Assembly: GCF_001642725.1 (NCBI RefSeq)
Contig: NZ_LSUQ01000029.1
Span: forward strand, 1-34,104
Source: Ferroacidibacillus organovorans
Lineage (GTDB): Bacteria; Bacillota; Bacilli; Alicyclobacillales; SLC66
Length of the DNA stretch: 34,104 bases
Direction: 5' to 3'
Part shown: in pieces, positions 8,680 through 16,083 of the stretch
How the letters are laid out: each line of letters opens with the position of its first letter
Numbering within the stretch: position 1 is the first letter of the stretch
The notes under the pieces: generated by a model
Told to the model about the DNA's origin: nothing
The model's input: only the letters and a program-made list of their open reading frames with translations
Databases searched by the model: none
Position numbers and translations under genes: made by a program

Positions 8680-10833
8680 ATGAGCATAGCACAAAAATTG
8701 CTACAATTGACTGGTATGATTTATTCCAGTCAAACTGTTCTTGAAATTTTGCAGGCGATGATCGATGCGATTGCCAGCGAAATCACGTCGGCAGATTTGG
8801 TCGGTTTCTTTATTCGGGAGAATGAATCGATGTTTCGAGGAAAAGTTACGAATGTTCCTGGCGATCGCGATTTTATTCAAACATTAACCATCGATTTGCG
8901 TGAGGATCCGTTTGCGCGGCAAATCGCAGAGACAAAACGTCCGGTGTTTGTCTCCAATGTGAAAAAAGAAGCGACGATTGATCCTGTCAAACAGGAAACT
9001 CTATCCATTCAATCCATTTTAGGGTTGCCTCTGCTTGTCGACCAACACATCTACGGCATGGTTTTTGCGCACAATGTCGGAAAGCCTATGCTGCTGACAC
9101 AAGAGCAACAGTCTGTCGCTGAAACGTTTATCAATGTAGCCAGTATCGCAATCCAAAACATAGAAATTTTAAAAGCCCAAAATTTGCGGAATCAATTCTC
9201 CAACCGCATGTCTGAATGCAAATCGATTAAAGAAGTGACGAAAATTTGTTCTGACTATGTAAAACAAGTATGCGACGCGCACGCGATTGGCATTCACCTG
9301 CTTGACGTTGCGACACAGCGCACGACGGCGGTCTTTGTGTCGCCAGAAGCGCGCGTCACGCCAACGGAGTTGAACGCCCTCTACCGCGCGGGATTCGATC
9401 ACATTGAGCGACACTCCATTTTTTGGGAGGTCATAGAATCCCGCGCGTGGGTCTTTATTCCAGATACGGCGCGTGACGAGCGCGTCAATTCAACACTGTG
9501 CAAGGAATTCGATATTCAAAGTCTGCTTGTGCTTCCACTCAGAGAAAAGGATACGGTCGTCGGTCTCATGACGATTCCAGGCATTGGTGCGAGCAGAGCT
9601 TACAGAACCGATGACATTGCGATCTTACAATCCATGGCGGATACAACCGGTGTGACACTCTCCAATGTCATCCACTCGAATGAATTAGAACGACTTGTAT
9701 TGACGCGAACCGAAGAGTTACGCGAACGGAACTCTCAGCTCAAATCAAGCATTTCCTACTTGGAAATTCAAGAAGCCAGACTGCGCGGTCTTGTCAATGC
9801 GATGCCACTCTCGATTGTTCTCATCGATGAAAACGGAAAATGGATTGAAGCCAATCACATTGCTATTCAATTTTTTAAACTACAAAACGTGCACTATCGA
9901 TTCAAGACAGGAAGTGAGTTGAGCGCACTTTGTGGCGCCAATCGAGAGATCATAGAACACATGATGAATCGCAAACACCATGTGTACGACAAGAATCAAC
10001 CTTGCATCTTCACGGATGAGTATAAAAAATCTGATGGATCCATACTGGTGTATAAAACATACCTTTGTCCGATGATCCCTCAGGCTGATCAACTTCAGGG
10101 CATCATTTATATTGGCGAGGATTTGACAGAACAACGCCGGATCGAAGAAGTGCTTTATCGCTCAGAAAAGCTTGCGCTTGTGGGTCAACTCGCGGCAGGT
10201 GTCGCTCACGAAATTCGCAATCCATTGACATCCTTGAGCGGTTTCATCCAGTTGCTTAAGGAGGAAGGAGCCAACCCAATGTATTGCGATGTGATGCTCC
10301 GGGAACTTGAGCGACTCAACACCATTACCAAGGAGTTCCTTTTTCTCGCAAAACCAGCGCAGCCCAACCGAACGTACAGTGATCTTAACGCGATTCTCTT
10401 CGACGTAATCCTGCTCTTTCAAGCGCAGACCATGCTTCAGCAAATTGAATTGAATGTCGACGCGGTCCGCGATGTCCCACTTCTCTTCTGTGACGAAAAC
10501 CAGATCAAACAGGTTCTTATCAATCTGCTCAACAATGCAATCGAAGCCTTGCCATCTGGCGGCAAGGTAACCTTGTCGACCTTCTTTTCGAGCGATGACA
10601 CCCACTTTGTCGTTCGCATCAAAGACAACGGAAGCGGTATCTCAAAAGATCGCCTCAAGCGAATTGGAGAACCTTTCTATACAACAAAAGAAAAAGGAAC
10701 GGGACTCGGTCTCATGACCTGTTTTAAGATCATGGAGCTTCACGGTGGAGCGCTCGACATAAAAAGTGATCTGGATCACGGCACTGTCGTCGACATTCTT
10801 CTTCCATTGGTCAAACCGTCAAAAGAGATCTAG
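8680..10833 (+). CDS. Soluble GAF-GAF-PAS sensor histidine kinase (sporulation-kinase-like HisKA/HATPase)
   Basis: GGAGG at 8667-8671; two GAF-like segments (SILGLPL, SLLVLPL); PAS ending in GEDLTE; H-box AHEIRNPLT; N box NLLNNAIEA; DNGSG, PFYTTKEKGTGLGL; no TM helix. Confidence 0.9.
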   Translation: MSIAQKLLQLTGMIYSSQTVLEILQAMIDAIASEITSADLVGFFIRENESMFRGKVTNVPGDRDFIQTLTIDLREDPFARQIAETKRPVFVSNVKKEATIDPVKQETLSIQSILGLPLLVDQHIYGMVFAHNVGKPMLLTQEQQSVAETFINVASIAIQNIEILKAQNLRNQFSNRMSECKSIKEVTKICSDYVKQVCDAHAIGIHLLDVATQRTTAVFVSPEARVTPTELNALYRAGFDHIERHSIFWEVIESRAWVFIPDTARDERVNSTLCKEFDIQSLLVLPLREKDTVVGLMTIPGIGASRAYRTDDIAILQSMADTTGVTLSNVIHSNELERLVLTRTEELRERNSQLKSSISYLEIQEARLRGLVNAMPLSIVLIDENGKWIEANHIAIQFFKLQNVHYRFKTGSELSALCGANREIIEHMMNRKHHVYDKNQPCIFTDEYKKSDGSILVYKTYLCPMIPQADQLQGIIYIGEDLTEQRRIEEVLYRSEKLALVGQLAAGVAHEIRNPLTSLSGFIQLLKEEGANPMYCDVMLRELERLNTITKEFLFLAKPAQPNRTYSDLNAILFDVILLFQAQTMLQQIELNVDAVRDVPLLFCDENQIKQVLINLLNNAIEALPSGGKVTLSTFFSSDDTHFVVRIKDNGSGISKDRLKRIGEPFYTTKEKGTGLGLMTCFKIMELHGGALDIKSDLDHGTVVDILLPLVKPSKEI

Positions 10834-10850
10834 CGGATCCCTTTTGACGG
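10816..10850. terminator. Long inverted repeat between convergent kinase and opu genes (likely bidirectional terminator)
   Basis: CCGTCAAAAG...CTTTTGACGG with inner GATC/GATC pairing, spanning the kinase stop codon. Confidence 0.55.
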
Positions 10851-10858
10851 AATGGAGA

Positions 10859-11788
10859 CTAAATCAACCCTTTTTTCACGAGAAACTGATGTGCCACCGT
10901 GCTCGGACTCTCTTTTAAGACGTCGACCTCATAATTCATCTGTGTCTGCGCCGCCGTAGAAATTGTCCCCCACAGAGGCTTGAGCACCTTTGTAAGATGA
11001 TCCGCTTTGCGAACCGAATTTTTAATCAGAACAATCCCGTGATAAGGCGGAAAGAATTTTTTATTGTCTGCGAGCGGAACCTCATGCAACTTCTTGAGGC
11101 GACCGTCCGTCGAGTAGGCCATGATCGCCTGTACATCATGATGCGCCAATGCTTCATAAATCAAATTGTAGCTCATCGGCGTCACTTTCTTGAATGTGGC
11201 CCCGTATGTGCGTTCAAACCCTTTCAAACCTGTGTGATGTAGATAGGGAAACGTCGTGTCCGTCGCCATATTCCATGTCCCAAAATACTTTGCCGCCTGA
11301 GAATCGGTGGTCAGATGGTATTTTTGCGCCGTGGATTGATTGACGGCCAACGCATACGTATCTTGATACCCGAGGGATGGCGATACCCAGACACCAAACT
11401 GCTTCATCTCCTGTGTTTTTACGTATTTTGTCACCGCTTTTGGATGCCCCGCAAATTTCCCACTGTAAGACTGATGCAGCGACTCTTGAAACTCAGTCCC
11501 ATCATACCCGACATACATTTGAATCGCCCCCTGCTGCATCATCGAATGCATGAGTTGCGACGCGCCGGAGGTTTGTTTGATCGTCACATGAATATGCGTC
11601 TTCACTTCAATGAGATCCTTTAAAATGTAGTCATCAATCACAGCCTCAGAAAAATCCTGTGACGCAATGGTGATCTGCTTCGGGGCAGCCCCAAGGCTAC
11701 TTGTCGCAGACTGTACACCGCATCCCGCGAGCGCGACGGCCATGACGCCACTCGCACTTAAAATCAACCCTTTTCGCTTGTTGCTCAT
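10859..11788 (-). CDS. Osmoprotectant (glycine betaine/carnitine/choline) ABC transporter substrate-binding lipoprotein, OpuCC-like
   Basis: Lipobox LAGC; LGYQDTYALAV, AYSTDGRL, DNKKFFPPY, MNYEVD. Confidence 0.9.
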   Translation of the reverse strand: MSNKRKGLILSASGVMAVALAGCGVQSATSSLGAAPKQITIASQDFSEAVIDDYILKDLIEVKTHIHVTIKQTSGASQLMHSMMQQGAIQMYVGYDGTEFQESLHQSYSGKFAGHPKAVTKYVKTQEMKQFGVWVSPSLGYQDTYALAVNQSTAQKYHLTTDSQAAKYFGTWNMATDTTFPYLHHTGLKGFERTYGATFKKVTPMSYNLIYEALAHHDVQAIMAYSTDGRLKKLHEVPLADNKKFFPPYHGIVLIKNSVRKADHLTKVLKPLWGTISTAAQTQMNYEVDVLKESPSTVAHQFLVKKGLI

Positions 11789-12456
11789 CGCTCACCCGCG
11801 CCTCCCACTCGCACGCGCAATCCGCGCGGTGTTACCCATTTTTCCAATTGCGCCATCAGAAATTCAGCTAAAAATGCCATCAAAACGGCCGGGATGGTCC
11901 CCGCCAAGACAATTGAGTTGCTGGCCATGCTAAGCCCTTGCAAAATAAGCGAACCAAGCCCTCCTCCGCCAACCAAAGCGGCCAGTGTGGCAAATCCTAC
12001 GGTAGATACTAATGAAGAACGAATTCCTGTAAGAATGACCCGAAGCGCCAAGGGAAGTTCAACAAACCAGAGTAGTTGCCATTTCGTTGTGCCCATCCCA
12101 ATCGCCGCTTCTTTTAATTCTGAAGCGACACCGTCAATCCCTACGTACGTATTCCGAACAATGGGCATAAGCGCGTAGACGAACAGTGCGACGATCGATG
12201 GAAGAACGCCGATTCCAAGCCCTAATGTAATCATTAAAACGAGCAGCGCGAGACTGGGGATTGTTTGCACCGCGTTGCTAAACCCGATAACCCACGGGTA
12301 TAACTTGCGCACGCGTGTCGCAAGAATGGTCATCGGAACAGCGATCAAGACCGCCAATCCGATTGGAATCAACACCAAGACGATCTGTTGTTCCGTCGCC
12401 CTGAGAATATGGCCTGTGTGTTGCGCAAAATACTGCAGCGTATGTTGAATCAGCAT
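11785..12456 (-). CDS. Osmoprotectant ABC transporter permease, OpuCB/CD-like
   Basis: QTIPSLALL, EAAIGMG (EAA motif), VELPLA, LVGGGGLG. Confidence 0.9.
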   Translation of the reverse strand: MLIQHTLQYFAQHTGHILRATEQQIVLVLIPIGLAVLIAVPMTILATRVRKLYPWVIGFSNAVQTIPSLALLVLMITLGLGIGVLPSIVALFVYALMPIVRNTYVGIDGVASELKEAAIGMGTTKWQLLWFVELPLALRVILTGIRSSLVSTVGFATLAALVGGGGLGSLILQGLSMASNSIVLAGTIPAVLMAFLAEFLMAQLEKWVTPRGLRVRVGGAGER

Positions 12457-13310
12457 GAGGATCGCACCGCCTCCCCCGCTACATTCACTGTTACTTTTTC
12501 TGCAGGAGTAGCTTGTCGCGCCATTTCGCTATCTGCCCCGCAGGCATTCACGCTTCGCAAATCCATTTCTTGAAACCGCCCCAACATCCTTTGACGACCG
12601 ATGAAATTCGCGACAAACTCATCCGCCGGATTGCGTAGGATCTCGTCAGGCGCAGCCACCTGCACGATGTGCCCGCCCTTCATCACAACGATGCGATCGG
12701 CGAGGCGCAATGCTTCGTCCATATCGTGCGTGACAAAGAGAATCGTCTTTTGTACGCTACGCTGCAAACGTTTCAACTCATCTTGAAGTTGTTCGCGCGT
12801 AATCGGATCAAGTGCCCCAAACGGCTCATCCATTAGAATAATCTCTGGATTATGCGCCAACGCGCGAAGAACACCGACGCGCTGTTGCTGCCCCCCACTC
12901 AACTCGACGGGATAGCGGTCAAGATAAGTGTCCGGGTCGAGATCAGCGAGTTTCAGCAATTCTCGCGCCCGCGCGCGCCTTTGCACTTTGCCTATTCTTT
13001 GAAGTTTCAAGACAAACGAAATATTCTCCGCGATCGTCAAATGAGGCATCAATCCAATCTGTTGAATCACATACCCTAACCGCCTGCGAAGTTCAACAGG
13101 GGGATAGGAGCGAGCGTCACGTTGGTCAATCTCGATCGTTCCAGACGTCGGTTCAACCAGACGGTTTACCATGCGCAGCGTGGTCGATTTGCCACACCCC
13201 GAGGGACCTATGAGCACGACAAACTCTCCACGCTCGATCGATAGATTGAGATGATCAACGGCAACCGTCTGATCAGCGTAGGATTTTGTTAAATCGATAA
13301 AACGTAAAAT
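12450..13310 (-). CDS. Osmoprotectant ABC transporter ATP-binding protein, OpuCA-like, without CBS domains (start codon uncertain)
   Basis: GPSGCGKST, GYVIQQIGL, LSGGQQQR, LMDEPFGALDPITR; family-like sequence begins at ILRFIDLTKSY (ATT at 13310, after AAAAGGGG); alternative TTG starts at 13346/13349. Confidence 0.88.
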   Translation of the reverse strand: MLRFIDLTKSYADQTVAVDHLNLSIERGEFVVLIGPSGCGKSTTLRMVNRLVEPTSGTIEIDQRDARSYPPVELRRRLGYVIQQIGLMPHLTIAENISFVLKLQRIGKVQRRARARELLKLADLDPDTYLDRYPVELSGGQQQRVGVLRALAHNPEIILMDEPFGALDPITREQLQDELKRLQRSVQKTILFVTHDMDEALRLADRIVVMKGGHIVQVAAPDEILRNPADEFVANFIGRQRMLGRFQEMDLRSVNACGADSEMARQATPAEKVTVNVAGEAVRSSC

Positions 13311-13481
13311 CGTCCGTTCAACCCCTTTTCCGGCGCTTAGGCGCAACAAATGAATACCCGTGATCGAATCGCGGGCAATGCGTACGCTACCCACCCTTCC
13401 TGGTGGATTTCCTTGGCCAATACGCATCATTTTAGACAGACAAAAAGAAGCGTATTGAATCAATTGATGCATTGGGATTGG

Positions 13482-13513
13482 AAAGTAAAATGAGCGGCAC
13501 ATGGTCGCCACCA
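13482..13513 (-). terminator. Putative riboswitch expression-platform terminator
   Basis: TGGTGGC-GACCATGT-GCCGCTCA followed by TTTTACTTT directly after the aptamer. Confidence 0.5.
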
Positions 13514-13517
13514 GTAT

Positions 13518-13642
13518 TCGCCTACGAGGTTAGCTGACGGATTCGGCGAAATAATACGCGCCTAAGAGCGACTGCGGGCGCAGTCCACTCTATTCACCCC
13601 ACAAATGGTTCCCCCGTTCTCCAAAAAAGGAGATTCGGCCCT
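13518..13642 (-). ncRNA. c-di-AMP riboswitch (ydaO/yuaA class)
   Basis: Conserved blocks GCCGAATC..GAGAACGGGGGAACC..GGGGTGAAT..TAGG..CCGAATCCGTCAGCTAACCTCGTAGGCG upstream of an osmolyte transporter. Confidence 0.93.
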
Positions 13643-13674
13643 TCCCGCGGTACCAAGGATAGTTTACTACAATA

Positions 13675-13703
13675 ACTATACCATACTCGCTAAATCTTGG
13701 CAT
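13675..13703 (-). promoter_or_regulatory. Putative sigma-A promoter of the opu operon
   Basis: ATGCCA-N17-TATAGT with TG extension. Confidence 0.55.
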
Positions 13704-13810
13704 CATGCTGGGGTTGTAATGAGGTTTCTTTGCAACGACACTCTTTTACATTCTATCTTTAATGATAAATCATAACACATACGAGCCTCATGTTGACTCA
13801 TCCATAAACT

Positions 13811-13841
13811 AAAAAAAGGCTTTCTCAAGATCGAGAAAGCC
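13811..13841 (-). terminator. Intrinsic terminator of tRNA-Thr
   Basis: GGCTTTCTC-N6-GAGAAAGCC followed by T7. Confidence 0.85.
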
Positions 13842-13859
13842 CGTCAAATCAAGGTATTT

Positions 13860-13935
<76 letters not shown>

Positions 13936-13952
13936 ATATCGACAACACACAT

Positions 13953-13981
13953 AAGATAGCACAATTGAATTTCCAAGTCAA
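13953..13981 (-). promoter_or_regulatory. Sigma-A promoter of tRNA-Thr
   Basis: TTGACT-N17-TATCTT with TG extension. Confidence 0.75.
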
Positions 13982-14055
13982 GAACAAGTTGCATTTCATA
14001 ATTTGCACACGCTCACATTCGCTGTGAGCGGCGCGAATGCGTGCGTCGCACGTTT

Positions 14056-14304
14056 TTACGTGGTCTGATTCAGCGCCTCTGTGTCAAAACGCACATTTCT
14101 GCTCGGCGTAAAGGTTGAAACTGCGTGCTTGTAGATCAATTGCTGTTTGCCATCTGACTCGATCACAATGGTAAAATTGTCAAACGCTTTGACAATCCCC
14201 CGAATTTGGAATCCATTGACCAAATAAACGATCACTGGCACATTTTCTTTGCGAATCTGATTCAAAAATGCATCCTGAATGTTAATCAATTTTCCGTTAC
14301 TCAC
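14056..14304 (-). CDS. hfq: RNA chaperone Hfq
   Basis: [36 protein letters not shown]; downstream of miaA with GTGA overlap. Confidence 0.97.
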   Translation of the reverse strand: MSNGKLINIQDAFLNQIRKENVPVIVYLVNGFQIRGIVKAFDNFTIVIESDGKQQLIYKHAVSTFTPSRNVRFDTEALNQTT

Positions 14305-15260
14305 CGTGTGCCCCCCAGCGGCTGCGAGCCGCTCCGCGACTCAAACCATCCTTGTAAAACGCGATCGCGAATCATTTCCAGTATCATACCATCTTCTGAA
14401 CGATCGTACCAGTGTACGCTCTGATCGTTTCGATACCACGACCACTGACGCTTTGCATAGCGCCGACTTGCCTTTTTAATCTCGTCGATCATCGCTTCGC
14501 GCGAGATCAACCCTTCGAAAAAATCGAACACTTGCCTGTACCCAATCGCCTGCATCGAAGCCATGTCGCGACGACACCCGCGCGCGCGCAACCGTTCCAC
14601 CTCATCAAGCAATCCTTCTTCCATCATCTGCAAAACCCGTGCATCGATTCTCTGATAGAGTGCGTCACGAGAAAGAGTCAATCCAATCATAACTGAATCG
14701 TAAGGTGAATCACCTTGATTCCAGTTCTCGTGAAGCGTTTTTCCAGTGATCTCATTTACTTCAAGCGCCCGAATGATGCGCCGAAGATCATTCGGATGAA
14801 TTCTTGTTGCCGCCTCAGAATCGCGCAGCATAAGCTCCTCGTGCAATCGCTGCACGCCTTCACGCTCTGCGCGGGCAGTGAGTTGCGCCCGAAACGCCTC
14901 ATTCTCACGTGTCTCCGTAAAATCAAAATGCTCCGTGAGCGCCCGCACGTAGAGCCCCGTTCCACCAACGACAATCGGAGTCTTGCCGCGCAGCGCAATC
15001 TCATCAATCGTCTTTCGGGCCTGAACGGCATAGCGGTGCACGGTATATACCTCTGTAGGGTCTGCAACATCAATCATATGATGCACAATTCCGCGGCGCT
15101 GATTCATCAGCAGTTTGGCCGTGCCAATATCCATTCCGCGATAGACTTGCATAGAGTCTGCACTTACAATTTCTCCAGAGAGCGCTTCTGCAAGCTGCAA
15201 GCTGAGTTCCGTTTTGCCGACGGCCGTCGGCCCGACAATACAGAGAATGCGCGTTTTCAT
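14301..15260 (-). CDS. miaA: tRNA dimethylallyltransferase
   Basis: [40 protein letters not shown]. Confidence 0.97.
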   Translation of the reverse strand: MKTRILCIVGPTAVGKTELSLQLAEALSGEIVSADSMQVYRGMDIGTAKLLMNQRRGIVHHMIDVADPTEVYTVHRYAVQARKTIDEIALRGKTPIVVGGTGLYVRALTEHFDFTETRENEAFRAQLTARAEREGVQRLHEELMLRDSEAATRIHPNDLRRIIRALEVNEITGKTLHENWNQGDSPYDSVMIGLTLSRDALYQRIDARVLQMMEEGLLDEVERLRARGCRRDMASMQAIGYRQVFDFFEGLISREAMIDEIKKASRRYAKRQWSWYRNDQSVHWYDRSEDGMILEMIRDRVLQGWFESRSGSQPLGGTR

Positions 15261-16054
15261 ATGGATCCCCCTTCCTGTGACGGTGCTGCGTAAAAAACGG
15301 CATAGGCAATTCGCGCAGACTCATGAAGTTCATCAGGCTGAACAGCGCGTAGCCACGCACTGTGCCGTCTCGTTTTAACGATCAATCTGCGTCTCGCAAA
15401 ACCGCGCGCCAAATCCAAATCCGCACGCGAAAAGCATGCGGGCAGCGTGTACGGTTTTAACGCCTGCATGCCAGAAGAGCGGTTGATCGTCTGTTCAAAC
15501 ATCGGGTCTAAATAGAAGATGTCCGGACGCTTTGTCGCGTCCATGCGAACCTGTTCCTGCCATACCCCAAAGCGCAGCGCAATTCGCCGGATGGCACTGT
15601 TAAACTGTGGGGACGAGGAATGATACGCTGCCAATCCTTCACGAACCACCAGATAGGTCAAGAAATGCGCCTCAGTCGCCGTTACCTGTCCTTCCTCGCC
15701 GACTGCCGCCGCGAGCAGCGTTGCCTCCGAGCAGAGTCCTGCGGTCCCATCCCAAACGTGATCCCCGCGACGTACACCACACAGCTCCACAAAGCGATCC
15801 ATTTCCCCTTTTTCCATCGCCTTGACGCGTGGGAGAGAAATGCCCGGATGATAGAAAAAACCGTGTGGCGACACCCCGTCAAAAAGTGCGACCCGCGGGT
15901 CATCGCCAATGACAATCGCAGTGTCGACCCCTTCGTCTTTAAGAAATAGCGCCAAGGGCCGCTTTGTCCGCGCCACAAAGCGTAGATGATACTGTTTTGC
16001 AATATGGCGCGCGCGCCCCTCTTGTCGCAGCGCGCCATTGGCGGACGTTGTCAC
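15257..16054 (-). CDS. SAM-dependent methyltransferase, RsmJ-like / SAM_MT family (start uncertain; GTG at 16054)
   Basis: VTTS N-terminus, FFYHPG, DGTAGL SAM motif, YLDPMF; position between mutL and miaA; the longer ORF-track start overlaps mutL by ~190 nt. Confidence 0.8.
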   Translation of the reverse strand: MTTSANGALRQEGRARHIAKQYHLRFVARTKRPLALFLKDEGVDTAIVIGDDPRVALFDGVSPHGFFYHPGISLPRVKAMEKGEMDRFVELCGVRRGDHVWDGTAGLCSEATLLAAAVGEEGQVTATEAHFLTYLVVREGLAAYHSSSPQFNSAIRRIALRFGVWQEQVRMDATKRPDIFYLDPMFEQTINRSSGMQALKPYTLPACFSRADLDLARGFARRRLIVKTRRHSAWLRAVQPDELHESARIAYAVFYAAPSQEGGSI

Positions 16055-16083
16055 GACCGCATGCTTGCGCCAATACGTCTCAT

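Noticed and set aside
13311..13511. 67-aa N-terminal extension of the opu ATPase in the ORF track
   Set aside because: It starts inside the riboswitch terminator, has no SD and does not resemble the family.
14011..14029. GCTCACA-N5-TGTGAGC hairpin downstream of hfq
   Set aside because: No U-tract on the minus strand, so it cannot be called a terminator.
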